Assembly (NCBI GenBank): GCA_050298595.1
Contig: JBNKUM010000028.1
Coordinates: 1-64,000, forward strand
Source of the DNA: Gammaproteobacteria bacterium
GTDB lineage: Bacteria > Pseudomonadota > Gammaproteobacteria > GCA-001735895
Length of the DNA: 64,000 bases
Direction: 5' to 3'
Part shown: positions 20,595 to 30,618 of the stretch, one piece after another
How the letters are laid out: every line of letters starts with the position of its first letter
Numbering within the stretch: the stretch's first letter is position 1
Program-made: the position numbers and the translations under genes
Notes under the pieces: generated by a model
Seen by the model: only the letters and a program-made list of their open reading frames with translations
Told to the model about the DNA's origin: nothing
The model's database searches: none

Positions 20595-20954
20595 ATGAAA
20601 AAATTACTGTTTACGTTAATGTTTGTAAGCCCGGCATTGTTCGCCGGTAAAGCCGATGTGGTGAATGTTAAGGTTTACTGCCCTATTCCTGAAAGCTGCA
20701 CCTTCAATGTAACCGTGCAACATGCCGATACAGGATGGAAACACTATGCCAATCAGTGGGATGTGGTGGCCCCAGATGGCCAGGTGCTGGGTAGCCGGGT
20801 GTTATATCATCCGCATGTTGGAGAGCAGCCTTTTACGCGTTCCTTGAGTAATGTTCAGATACCGGCTGATATCAAAAAAGTGATCGTACGGGCACAGGAT
20901 TTGAAACATGGCTGGGGTGGTAAGGCATTTGAAGTCGAATTACCTGCCAGATAA
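20595..20954 (+). CDS. Conserved secreted hypothetical protein (His/Trp motifs)
   Basis: Signal peptide MKKLLF..AxA; 'HADTGWKHYANQW', 'LYHPHVGEQPFTRS', 'HG'. Confidence 0.75.
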   Translation: MKKLLFTLMFVSPALFAGKADVVNVKVYCPIPESCTFNVTVQHADTGWKHYANQWDVVAPDGQVLGSRVLYHPHVGEQPFTRSLSNVQIPADIKKVIVRAQDLKHGWGGKAFEVELPAR

Positions 20955-21036
20955 GGTAAAAATTGCCCGTCCAAATAACGGATGAATACTTTGGTATGAT
21001 GTTGCACGATATTCGCATATCGATTATCGAGGCTGT

Positions 21037-22095
21037 ATGAATAACTTTTCACCCAATACCAATGAGATCTTCTATCAGGCTTATCTGAATAGAGATAAGT
21101 CATTTGAAGGCATCTTTTTTCTGGCGGTAAAAACCACGGGAATTTTCTGTCGGCCCGGCTGTAAGGCAAGAGCACCGAAAAAAGAGAATGTCGAATTCTT
21201 TAATTCCCCGCATGATGCCATCGATAAGGGCTATCGCCCCTGTAAGAAATGCCAGCCACTGCAAACAATGGGCGAAGTACCTCTATGGGTTAAGAAAGCC
21301 ATGGATCTGGTTGATCAGCAAACTGATCAACGCATTAGCGATCATATCTTGCAACAAAACGATATTGATCCAGTACGTTTACGTCGCTGGTTTAATGATA
21401 ATTATCATGTAACCTTTCAAAACTATCAGCGCATGAAAAAAATGCTTAGTGCCAGTGAAAAAATAGAACGTGGTGAAAAAATTATCGATACGGCTCTTGA
21501 TGTCGGCTATCAATCGTTGAGTGGGTTTAATGATACGTTTAAAATGTTTATTGGTAGCGCCCCATCACGGATAAAAAATAAGTCCATCATTACTGTGGCA
21601 CAGTTAGTCACGCCGTTAGGGCCTATGTATGCCGGAGCATCTGATCAGGGTATATGCCTGCTGGAATTTAATGACCGTAAGGCGTTACAGAAGCAGCTTG
21701 GTAGAATTCAGCAAAGGCTAAATGCGATATTTGTGCCGGGCGATCATGCATACTTACAAAAGTTACAACAGCAACTCAATGAATACTTTGCTGGTAATAG
21801 AAGGCAGTTTGATATTCCGCTGCAAATGGTGGGTAGTGATTTTCAACAGCAGGCCTGGAGCGCTTTGCAGCAAATCCCCTATGGCGAAACACGCAGTTAT
21901 CAGCAACAGGCTGAGGCGATAAAAAATCCTTCTGCAATACGTGCTATAGCGAGTGCAAATGCAGCGAATGCCATAGCGATTATTATTCCCTGTCATCGGG
22001 TTATTGCAAAAAGTGGTAGTATAGCCGGTTATGCAGGTGGTATCTGGCGTAAGCAATATCTGCTGAATCTGGAATGTGGGAGTAGCATCGCTTGA
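21037..22095 (+). CDS. ada: Bifunctional Ada regulator / methylated-DNA-protein-cysteine methyltransferase
   Basis: 'CRPGC...RPCKKC' Zn site, AraC HTH, C-terminal 'PCHRV'. Confidence 0.92.
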   Translation: MNNFSPNTNEIFYQAYLNRDKSFEGIFFLAVKTTGIFCRPGCKARAPKKENVEFFNSPHDAIDKGYRPCKKCQPLQTMGEVPLWVKKAMDLVDQQTDQRISDHILQQNDIDPVRLRRWFNDNYHVTFQNYQRMKKMLSASEKIERGEKIIDTALDVGYQSLSGFNDTFKMFIGSAPSRIKNKSIITVAQLVTPLGPMYAGASDQGICLLEFNDRKALQKQLGRIQQRLNAIFVPGDHAYLQKLQQQLNEYFAGNRRQFDIPLQMVGSDFQQQAWSALQQIPYGETRSYQQQAEAIKNPSAIRAIASANAANAIAIIIPCHRVIAKSGSIAGYAGGIWRKQYLLNLECGSSIA

Positions 22096-22967
22096 AACTC
22101 ATAGAACTGCTTGAGCTGGTTACGCTGGCTGCGATCTGGGGTGCGTCATTCTTGTTTATGCGTATAGCCACCCCAGAGTTTGGACCATTTATGTTGATAG
22201 AGCTTCGTTCGTTAACTGCTGTCCTGTTTTTACTACCGATACTTTTTATGACCCGGAGAAGTCATTATATTCTTCCGAATGCAGGACGGTTGTTGCTTGT
22301 CGGAGTGACAGGAACAGCAATGCCTTTTTGCCTGTTAAGCTATGCAACTTTATCGGTAAGTGCAGGATATGCCTCCATATTAAATTCCGTTACACCAATC
22401 TTTACTGCATTGATCGCCTGGATGTGGATTAAAGAGCGTCTGACCCTGTTGGCAGTAATCGGCTTGCTTGTCGGTTTTGTCGGAGTGATCGTATTGTCTA
22501 TGGATAAACAGCCGGGTAACACTGAAATTCTATTATTACCTGTACTAGCAGGTTTGGCAGCGACATTCTGTTATGGTTTTAGCGCTAATTATATGCGGTT
22601 GAAGTTGAATCATATTCATCCCCTGGCTCTGGCTTGCGGTAGCCAATTGGGGTCAGTGTTGTTTCTACTGCCTTTAGCATACTGGTTTAAGCCACTTTTT
22701 ATACCGAGCGCATCAGCATGGTATGCTGTGATTATCCTGGGTATAGCCTGTACCGCAATTGCGTTTATTATTTATTTTCGCCTGATCGCCAATGTTGGAG
22801 TCACTAAAACTATTTCGGTGACTTATTTGATCCCCTTTTTCGGGATTCTATGGGGCGTAGTATTTCTGCATGAGCAGTTAACCATGCTGATGATAGCGGG
22901 TGCTTTACTGATATTAACCGGTGTCAGTTTGACTACGGGGGTATTTAAACCTGAACGGGTTTCTTAA
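22092..22967 (+). CDS. DMT/EamA-family transporter
   Basis: 'AAIWGASFLF', about 10 TM helices, 'VTYLIP'. Confidence 0.9.
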   Translation: MKLIELLELVTLAAIWGASFLFMRIATPEFGPFMLIELRSLTAVLFLLPILFMTRRSHYILPNAGRLLLVGVTGTAMPFCLLSYATLSVSAGYASILNSVTPIFTALIAWMWIKERLTLLAVIGLLVGFVGVIVLSMDKQPGNTEILLLPVLAGLAATFCYGFSANYMRLKLNHIHPLALACGSQLGSVLFLLPLAYWFKPLFIPSASAWYAVIILGIACTAIAFIIYFRLIANVGVTKTISVTYLIPFFGILWGVVFLHEQLTMLMIAGALLILTGVSLTTGVFKPERVS

Positions 22968-23036
22968 AATTCGTTATTGCAGCAACTCATTCAAAATGGC
23001 AATCTATGGCCCACTCCAATACTTAGAAACTATGCT

Positions 23037-23525
23037 ATGAAAATAAAGCTCATTATCACCGGTGGCACGATTGATAAATCTTACAACATGAAAAATGGTG
23101 AATTGCATTTCGTTGATTCTCATATTCCCAGTATGTTGAACGAAGCGCGCTGTAAGGCGGATTTTGAGCTGGATAAGATTCTACTTAAAGACAGCCTGGA
23201 TATGGATGATAGTGATCGCCAGAACATTCTTGAAAATGTCCAGAATAGCGAACAAACAAGGATCATCATCACACATGGCACTGATACCATTGTGCAAACC
23301 GCACAGTTTTTAGAACAACAGGTAGAAGATAAAACCGTAGTACTCACCGGTGCGATGATCCCTTACGTATTCGAAAAATCGGATAGCCTGTTTAATCTGG
23401 GCAGCGCTTTTGCGGCCGTGCAATGTCTACCGTCAGGTATCTATATCACAATGAATGGCAGGGTCTTCAATCCAAATAATGTGATAAAAAATCGCGAAGA
23501 GGGTGTCTTTGAGACAGTTTCTTAA
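23037..23525 (+). CDS. Short asparaginase N-domain protein
   Basis: 'TGGTI', 'DSLDM', 'HGTDT', 'TGAM'; no C-terminal domain. Confidence 0.85.
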   Translation: MKIKLIITGGTIDKSYNMKNGELHFVDSHIPSMLNEARCKADFELDKILLKDSLDMDDSDRQNILENVQNSEQTRIIITHGTDTIVQTAQFLEQQVEDKTVVLTGAMIPYVFEKSDSLFNLGSAFAAVQCLPSGIYITMNGRVFNPNNVIKNREEGVFETVS

Positions 23526-23691
23526 ATCCTGGAAAAGGCTGAGAATATAAAAATAAAGGGTGATTTAGTTCAAATATCGGCATTTATCCTACCGAATATC
23601 GGTTAGAAAGTGAATTTATCAACAGTTTTATTAGTGAGCGTTTACTATATAAAGAAATTTAGCCGGGCAAAGCGGTAAGGTCTAAGCATTT

Positions 23692-24702
23692 ATGAAGATT
23701 GTTTGTTTATCATTTACATTACTACTGGCTTTGTTGATATCTGCCTGCGGTACTGATACCAGCTCGGGTAGTAAATCTTCGGAAACAGTTGCTGATAACT
23801 CTCCTACACAGAATAATGTCACCTTTTCAGTTATTAATGATCCTGATTCTTCAAATCCACAGCCAGATGATAGCTCAATTCAACAGCTATCCAGGCTTTC
23901 ACTAAATATTACAGACGCTCCTTTATTTAATGTAGCGAAGGTGGTGGTCACCTTGCAAGCGATTGAATTCATTCGAGAAAAACCATCTCAATCTGTTAAG
24001 TTCACATTTAATACCCCCAAACAAATTGACCTGTTAGCGCTACAGGGATCAACCTCTGAAACATTATTTTCGGAAGTAGACATTGAGGCCGGTAGCTATA
24101 AAGAGTTACGTGTGGTCATAGACGATTCTGATATGAGCAGCTATGTGGAGCTTGATGATGGCTCGGTTCAGACATTGACAGTGCCTGGTGGTTACTCATC
24201 AGGCTTGAAGGTTAAGGGTGATTTTGATTTTGAGGAAGGTAAAACAAGCGCTTATACCATCGATTTTGATCTGGCAAAGTCACTGGTCAAGGCTGACTTA
24301 TCGAGTAAATATTATTTAAAACCCGTTCTCAGAATAGTAGAAACCTCTAAGGTTGGACATTTCCGAGGGACGGTTGATCCCGCCCTGTTAACTTCATCCG
24401 ATTGTTCGGACTCAGATGCTAACACATACAATGCAGTGTATGTCTACCAGGGATATAATGTGATTCCATCAGACATAAATTTTAACTCTTTTTCTAATGA
24501 CCAGGTGTTTACCACGACATTTATTCGATTTGATTATCTTAGTGGTGATTATCTATTCGAAGCGGCATATCTACCCCCAGGTGAATACACCATAGCTTTC
24601 ACCTGTAATGCTGATCTGGAGGATCCAGGGGCAGATAATGATTTGCGGTTTTTTAATGCTCATAACGTTAACGTTCAGATTAACAATATTCTGTTTTTAT
24701 AA
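23692..24702 (+). CDS. DUF4382-family lipoprotein
   Basis: Lipobox LISA-C; 'ITDAP', 'IDLLALQG', 'IDFDL.KS', 'LKPVLR'. Confidence 0.85.
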   Translation: MKIVCLSFTLLLALLISACGTDTSSGSKSSETVADNSPTQNNVTFSVINDPDSSNPQPDDSSIQQLSRLSLNITDAPLFNVAKVVVTLQAIEFIREKPSQSVKFTFNTPKQIDLLALQGSTSETLFSEVDIEAGSYKELRVVIDDSDMSSYVELDDGSVQTLTVPGGYSSGLKVKGDFDFEEGKTSAYTIDFDLAKSLVKADLSSKYYLKPVLRIVETSKVGHFRGTVDPALLTSSDCSDSDANTYNAVYVYQGYNVIPSDINFNSFSNDQVFTTTFIRFDYLSGDYLFEAAYLPPGEYTIAFTCNADLEDPGADNDLRFFNAHNVNVQINNILFL

Positions 24703-24763
24703 ACTCTTATTAGTTTTATAAGCTATTCTTCGTTATTAGATTTCCATAGGTAGTTTTGGAGTT

Positions 24764-26857
24764 ATGGTTGCTGTTCTAATGTGCTGGTTTAAATGTTTCT
24801 TTGAAAAAGAATCTAATGAAGGCTTTATATTGCTGTCAGTGCGAACAGGTTATTTAATAACAATCGCAATACTTCTGCCCCACCCCTCGTCGGCAAATGC
24901 AAGTAGTGAAGAAGATGACTTAAATCAATTAATCAAATTGCTGAATCAGCAAACAAGTATCGCCACTCAGACACAGTTAAATGCCGATTATGTGCCAGGC
25001 ATGGTGAGTATTATGACCGGTGAAGAGATGCAGCAGCGTGGTTTCGCAACACTATGGGATGCTTTAGGGTATTTGCCGGGTGTTCAACTCAATATTGATG
25101 CTACCGGTAAGCGTAATCTAATCATTAGAGGTCTTGGTAAAGCAACTGAAACTTCCAAGATAAAAATTCAGCTAAATAATATATCTCTAAATCAATCCAC
25201 TACAGCTGCTTCAGTAATCCTGTTTGATACGCCGGTTAGCCAGTTAGAAAAAATAGAATTTATCCGTGGTCCGGGTTCAGCTATTCACGGTGAAAATGCA
25301 CTGCAGGGTGTGTTGAATGTAATCACACGTAAACATGGTAAAGGTGTCAGTGCAGGTGTGGACAGCATTAACAGAAGCAAGCTGATGGCAGTATATGAAT
25401 TTGGTCAACGAGATGAAGTACTAAGTGGAAGCCTGAATCTAGCCCTGTCGGGTGGCAAAGGTGAGGACATAGTCGTTATCAGTGATAAAACCAGTTCATC
25501 TATAACTGGATATGCCCCAGGCAGTATAAATAATAAAAAAAATTCAGTATCCGCAATTCTAGATATGAATATTTATAAAGTAGATTTAAATCTACAATAT
25601 CAACAATCTAATCGAGGTGATTATTTTGGCTTGAATAACTATCTACCACCACCTGAAAAACAGACAGTTATCTCTGATACCGTAATAACAATCAAGATTG
25701 CAAAAGATTTCACATTAACAGAAGACCTTACCGGCTCTGTAAGTTTAACAGAGCTAGTAAATGAGACAGAAAAAAATGCCCAGTTTTTAGGAGTAGCACC
25801 TGTTTATGGTGGTTTCAGTAGCCAGGATGATATTGTTTCAGATGTGGATCAGCAGGAGCGCAGAACAACATGGGCTGTAAACTTGAATTACGATTTGGGT
25901 GAGCACAATATTTATTCAGAAATTTCGTTAGCCGAAATTTCGGTAGAAAAGTTCAGGCAATATATCAACCTTGATCCTGTAACCGAACTACCTGTAACCA
26001 GGCTGCATGAATTTCCTGCACCAGTTGCTGAAGGTGAAGAGCGTAAAATAAAAAGCCTCGTATTGCAGGATGAGTACGCTATCAATGAGAGCACGACGCT
26101 TACGGCGGGACTACGCTATGACGATTTTAATAATGAATACAATAATGTTGCACCGAGAGTTGCATTAGTATGGATTCTGTCAAAACAAAATATACTCAAA
26201 TATCAATTTGCGGAGGCATTTAGACCCCCCAGTTTGAGGGAGTCGGGTGGATCTATAGATGGGAAATTAACACCTGAAATTAATCGTACTTCAGAATTCT
26301 CCTATATCTATAATAGCGATGATACCTTAATAAAAAATACGATTTACTATTCTGAAATAAAGGATTACATACGTTTTATGGATATAGCACCCATTGGATA
26401 TACTAATATTGGGGGTGCAGAACTTTCAGGTCTAGAAGTTGAAGTTAGAAAAAACTTATCCCATAGCCTGACACTGGGATCGAATATCACACTGCAAAAA
26501 AGTAAAGACTTAACTACGGGAGAAGCACTCTATGGTTCTACACCCTTAATAGTGTCTTCAAATGTTGATTATCAAATCAATTCAAGTACTAAAATTGATT
26601 TTCAAGTTAAGATTTTATCTGATCAGGTTAGAGAAATTACGGATACCAGGCCAGACCTGGACTCAGTCACAGTAGCAGATATTACACTCACAAAAAATAA
26701 ACTACTCAATGTAGATGATTTAACCTTAAGAGCAGGAATAAGAAATATATTCGAGCAGGAAACTCGATATCTTGCACCCGCCAATACCTATACCGATGAT
26801 TACCTGATAAATAAAGACGCTACCTTTTGGTTTGAGCTTGTTTATTATGCGCAATAA
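24764..26857 (+). CDS. TonB-dependent receptor (start codon uncertain)
   Basis: Plug motifs 'NADYVPGMVS', 'IEFIRGPGSAIHG..A..GVLNVIT'; barrel motifs 'GLRYD', 'PRVALVW', 'AFRPPS'. Confidence 0.88.
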   Translation: MVAVLMCWFKCFFEKESNEGFILLSVRTGYLITIAILLPHPSSANASSEEDDLNQLIKLLNQQTSIATQTQLNADYVPGMVSIMTGEEMQQRGFATLWDALGYLPGVQLNIDATGKRNLIIRGLGKATETSKIKIQLNNISLNQSTTAASVILFDTPVSQLEKIEFIRGPGSAIHGENALQGVLNVITRKHGKGVSAGVDSINRSKLMAVYEFGQRDEVLSGSLNLALSGGKGEDIVVISDKTSSSITGYAPGSINNKKNSVSAILDMNIYKVDLNLQYQQSNRGDYFGLNNYLPPPEKQTVISDTVITIKIAKDFTLTEDLTGSVSLTELVNETEKNAQFLGVAPVYGGFSSQDDIVSDVDQQERRTTWAVNLNYDLGEHNIYSEISLAEISVEKFRQYINLDPVTELPVTRLHEFPAPVAEGEERKIKSLVLQDEYAINESTTLTAGLRYDDFNNEYNNVAPRVALVWILSKQNILKYQFAEAFRPPSLRESGGSIDGKLTPEINRTSEFSYIYNSDDTLIKNTIYYSEIKDYIRFMDIAPIGYTNIGGAELSGLEVEVRKNLSHSLTLGSNITLQKSKDLTTGEALYGSTPLIVSSNVDYQINSSTKIDFQVKILSDQVREITDTRPDLDSVTVADITLTKNKLLNVDDLTLRAGIRNIFEQETRYLAPANTYTDDYLINKDATFWFELVYYAQ

Positions 26858-26873
26858 TATGTTGATCAGGTAA

Positions 26874-27443
26874 ATGAGATTTAAAAACATATTCTTCAGC
26901 TTTTTAAAGTTAATCTTCATAGTAATTTTACTTTTGGAAAGTGATGCTTATGCCATACATGATGTGCAACCCAGGTTGGAGATAGGTATCAATATATTGC
27001 CTAGTGTCATTGCTGCTAACATGCGCTGGAGTATTGAAGAGGATTATAAGCAGCAGCCAATTACACTATTCATAATCTATGATGATAATAGGAAGGTGGC
27101 CAGAGACACTCTATCAAAGTTAGCTAGAATAAAAAAAATACGCGGCCATAATGTGAAAAAAAAAATAGTGCCACTGAGCGAAATTCTTAGTCGAACTACG
27201 GATAAAAATACAGTGCTATTTATTGTCGAACCATTATTTGAGAATAGTGAAAGGGCTATTGAGTTTAGTAGAAGCAATCAAAACCTGTTGTTTTCTCCAT
27301 TTAAGGGAGACGTCGAAAAAGGGGTTATGACAGGATTTGAAGTGACCAACAAGGTGCTACCTGCCGTTAATATAAAAGCTTTAAAGGAAGCCAATATAAG
27401 ACTAAAAGCCTTCTTCTTACGAATAGCGGTTAGTTATGATTGA
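26874..27443 (+). CDS. YfiR/HmsC (DUF4154)-like periplasmic protein
   Basis: Signal peptide; C-terminal 'VNIKALKEANIRLKAFFLRIA' resembles the YfiR-family tail; position between TBDR and DGC. Confidence 0.65.
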   Translation: MRFKNIFFSFLKLIFIVILLLESDAYAIHDVQPRLEIGINILPSVIAANMRWSIEEDYKQQPITLFIIYDDNRKVARDTLSKLARIKKIRGHNVKKKIVPLSEILSRTTDKNTVLFIVEPLFENSERAIEFSRSNQNLLFSPFKGDVEKGVMTGFEVTNKVLPAVNIKALKEANIRLKAFFLRIAVSYD

Positions 27444-29400
27444 GCGGGTAAATCTAAAGCAGATATTTAATAAACTGGAGAAGAGTTCTTCCTGGATATT
27501 CATTTTTATTGGTTTGGTGATTCTATTATTTTCATTTATCAACTGGGAGCTGGAGTTGAAACCCAGGCTGATTCATGAAGCGATAACTAATCTACAGATT
27601 ATGGCTGATGCGCGTGCCAAATCGATTGAAGCGCAGTTCCAAAATATTGGAGAAAGTGGTGATTTGTCGGCTATTCATAATTCGTTTAATGAAATATTAT
27701 TAATACACGATCCTTTAAGCGGAGAAAAAATATTTCAGGGTGTAGAACTTGAAGTTGATTTCGATGCACTTCCTCTATCTACAAGTATTTATGAGCTTAA
27801 GTCTGGAAATACAAATTGTGATCAATGTATAAAAACAGAAAGCCCAATTTATACCCGGTCAAATGGTGAGTTATTCGGGATAATTAAAATCTATGCTAAT
27901 CCGGTTCTTTATCAAAGGCTGGTTTTTGATATCGGCTTTCGGCTAATTATTGTGTTAAGTGGTGTTTTGTTTGTGATCTCCCTGGCCTGGTACCTGACCA
28001 GTAAATTACTCATCCAGTTAAAGGAACGGGAATCAAAATTATTATTTGAAGTAAGTGAAAGAAAACTGGCCGAAGAAAAAATAAATCAAATCGCAACTTT
28101 TGATCAGTTGACAAATTTACCAAATCGCTACTTACTACATTCAGAATTTAAACAAAAGCTGGCAGAGGCTAAACTTTATAATAAAAAACTGGCGGTATTA
28201 TTTATCGATCTCGATCATTTTAAAATAATCAATGATGTATACGGTCATGAAACCGGTGATATTTTACTTAGAGAAGTTGCCAGTCGTATATCCAGGTTAA
28301 TTAGAAAATATGATTTCCTGTCCAGGTTTGGAGGTGATGAATTTGTCATGATTATGCCGTTACTGGAAGATCAGTCAGAAGTCTTTTCTGTCATTCGAAA
28401 AATTATTGACAGCTTTAATCAGGAGTTTGATTTAGGTAAGGCGAAGGTAGATATTACGCCCTCTATTGGTATCAGTGTTTTTCCTGATGATGGAGACACG
28501 CCCACAAAATTATTAAAAAATTCGGATCTCGCGATGTATCGGGCAAAGTCAGAGGGTCGTAACGGATATCATTTTTTTACATCCCAGATGAATCAGGATC
28601 TCGAACGGTCTCAGTGGATTGAAATAAATCTAAAAAAAGCATTAGCAGAAAATAATTTTCATCTTTATTTTCAACCACAGCTTAATCTGGTAACAGGTGA
28701 GGTAGTGAGTTGTGAAGCCTTGCTACGCTGGCCTCAACCGGATGGTAGCATGATAAGTCCGTTAGAATTTATTCCGATTGCTGAAAGAACCGGGCTGATC
28801 AACATGATCAGTAACTGGGTATTTGATACTGCGTATGCGTATCAGAATGAATGGAGGGAGAAAGGCTATAAAAGGATCCGGGTTGATATAAATTTATCGG
28901 GAAAAGATTTTCTCAAAAAAGAAATCATTTATAAGATTATTAATAAGATGGAGCAAGATCCCGAATTTACTCAGAAGATAGGCATAGAAATTACAGAGAA
29001 TATATTATTAAAATCCAGTGATGAAATTATAGATATGCTGAAACATTTGCATCAATCAAAAGTATATATTTCAATTGATGACTTTGGTACCGGGTATTCG
29101 TCGTTGAATTATTTAAAGAAATTCCCTGTATCCTGTTTAAAAATAGACCAAACTTTCGTTAAGGAAGCTCCAGATAAAGAACATGACCAGGCTATTATGG
29201 AAGCCTTTGTATCTGTTGGACATGGATTGGCAATGCAGGTGATTGCTGAAGGTGTTGAACAGGCTGCGCACTATAGATTAAGCCGGAATATACATTGTGA
29301 TTTGGCTCAGGGCTATTTTATCTCCAGGCCATTAAAGTCAGAAGATTTTGAACGAGAATTTCTGCAATTAGAAAACAGTCAGTATAAGACTGACGATTAA
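27436..29400 (+). CDS. Membrane-bound GGDEF-EAL protein with periplasmic sensor domain
   Basis: Two TM helices flank a periplasmic domain (CDQC); RKYD + GGDEF; EAL; 'DDFGTGYSSL'; overlaps upstream gene. Confidence 0.92.
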   Translation: MIERVNLKQIFNKLEKSSSWIFIFIGLVILLFSFINWELELKPRLIHEAITNLQIMADARAKSIEAQFQNIGESGDLSAIHNSFNEILLIHDPLSGEKIFQGVELEVDFDALPLSTSIYELKSGNTNCDQCIKTESPIYTRSNGELFGIIKIYANPVLYQRLVFDIGFRLIIVLSGVLFVISLAWYLTSKLLIQLKERESKLLFEVSERKLAEEKINQIATFDQLTNLPNRYLLHSEFKQKLAEAKLYNKKLAVLFIDLDHFKIINDVYGHETGDILLREVASRISRLIRKYDFLSRFGGDEFVMIMPLLEDQSEVFSVIRKIIDSFNQEFDLGKAKVDITPSIGISVFPDDGDTPTKLLKNSDLAMYRAKSEGRNGYHFFTSQMNQDLERSQWIEINLKKALAENNFHLYFQPQLNLVTGEVVSCEALLRWPQPDGSMISPLEFIPIAERTGLINMISNWVFDTAYAYQNEWREKGYKRIRVDINLSGKDFLKKEIIYKIINKMEQDPEFTQKIGIEITENILLKSSDEIIDMLKHLHQSKVYISIDDFGTGYSSLNYLKKFPVSCLKIDQTFVKEAPDKEHDQAIMEAFVSVGHGLAMQVIAEGVEQAAHYRLSRNIHCDLAQGYFISRPLKSEDFEREFLQLENSQYKTDD

Positions 29401-29482
29401 TAAAGGTTCCATATCGGACAGACTTTGTTTACACTTATAGCAATATACAAGCTCGCACCATTTCTATTTAAGGGAGAAAATA

Positions 29483-30286
29483 ATGGGTGAATTTAAGCAT
29501 ACCACTGCAACAATAGCTGCCTGGAATCTGGCTGGATTTGGCGGAATACCTGAAGAGCGTTTACAGAAACAGATAGAAGGTCTGGCATTACTGGATGCTG
29601 AGATTATTGCTCTGGTTGAAATAAACCCCTTATCTGCATTAGAGACATTGAAACAGGGTCTGGCGGCTAAGGGTGTTATTTACGAAAGTTGTGTATTACC
29701 ACAGCATAGTGACCTGAATCTGGGGGTTTTGTATAAACAGGGTATAACAGCGCAAAATCCGGTTCTGCTTGAGGGTTCAGATCTGAATGATGTAAGACGT
29801 AGGAAAGCGCTAGTGGTTGATATGCAGGTGGGTAAATTTGATTTCAAAATGATCGTAGTGCATTTGAAATCTGGTCGCGGTTATGCAGAGCAAAAGATTC
29901 GTGATGATCAGGCAAAGGTGATTGGGCAGTTTATTACCGATCAACGAGCCCAAAGTCGTGAAGATATTCTGCTGGTCGGTGACTTTAATATGATTCCAGG
30001 AGAGGATGTGAGTAACTTTCATCATTTAGGTGGCGATGATCTGATGAACTTTATCTCTTCATGGGATCTACAGGATCGTTATTCTCATATTCTTGAAGCA
30101 GGCCGCGCGAACCTGCTGGATGGTTTTGCCATTAGCCGTAAATATAGTACCGAATATATTCGCGGAAGCCTTAAGCTGTTTCCCATGCACTGGGCTATGG
30201 ATATGGGACGAGATCGCTATCGTGAAACCGTATCAGATCATCTACCCTTCGTAGCCAGCTTCAGAATTGATCGATCCAGAGATTAG
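29483..30286 (+). CDS. Endonuclease/exonuclease/phosphatase (EEP) family protein
   Basis: 'AWNL', 'VE', 'HLKS', 'GDFN', 'SDHLP'. Confidence 0.88.
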   Translation: MGEFKHTTATIAAWNLAGFGGIPEERLQKQIEGLALLDAEIIALVEINPLSALETLKQGLAAKGVIYESCVLPQHSDLNLGVLYKQGITAQNPVLLEGSDLNDVRRRKALVVDMQVGKFDFKMIVVHLKSGRGYAEQKIRDDQAKVIGQFITDQRAQSREDILLVGDFNMIPGEDVSNFHHLGGDDLMNFISSWDLQDRYSHILEAGRANLLDGFAISRKYSTEYIRGSLKLFPMHWAMDMGRDRYRETVSDHLPFVASFRIDRSRD

Positions 30287-30405
30287 AAGACAAATAGCGG
30301 GTTTTCTCGGCCACAATCAGAATATCTGATGATCCTGTTCGGTTAATACGATTGGATCGATTTCACCCTCAAGGCTTTAATCATCATCATACTAAACAGG
30401 AGAAT

Positions 30406-30618
30406 ATGATGATAGCCGTTGAAAAAAAACTGCAACAAGTCAGCAAGGCTCAGCCATTAAATGGACTGCAAAACTTAAATGCCCTGATTTTGTTATGGAT
30501 TAATCGATACAGACAAAGGAAATTATTAAGCAGTCTAGAAGACCATCTGTTGAAAGACATCGGCGTGTCTCGAGTAGATGCCTTGCAAGAATCGAATAAG
30601 CCGTTCTGGAAGCCTTAA
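30406..30618 (+). CDS. DUF1127 (YjiS-like) small protein
   Basis: 'RYRQRKLLSSLEDHLLKDIGVSR...KPFWK'; AGGAG RBS before ATG 30406. Confidence 0.9.
   Translation: MMIAVEKKLQQVSKAQPLNGLQNLNALILLWINRYRQRKLLSSLEDHLLKDIGVSRVDALQESNKPFWKP

Noticed and set aside
23037-23525. Short asparaginase as a pseudogene
   Set aside because: Catalytic motifs intact and clean stop; single-domain proteins of about 160 aa are a known form
23661-23700. GCAAAGC...GGTCTAAG...TATGA resembling the P3 half of a c-di-GMP-I riboswitch upstream of the TBDR/DGC operon
   Set aside because: No upstream GGCAAA/GAAA-tetraloop P2 stem and no complementary 3' strand; overlaps the start codon; likely chance
29483-30286. EEP nuclease as a possible anti-phage gene
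   Set aside because: Stand-alone gene with no defence-associated neighbours; the family is functionally broad
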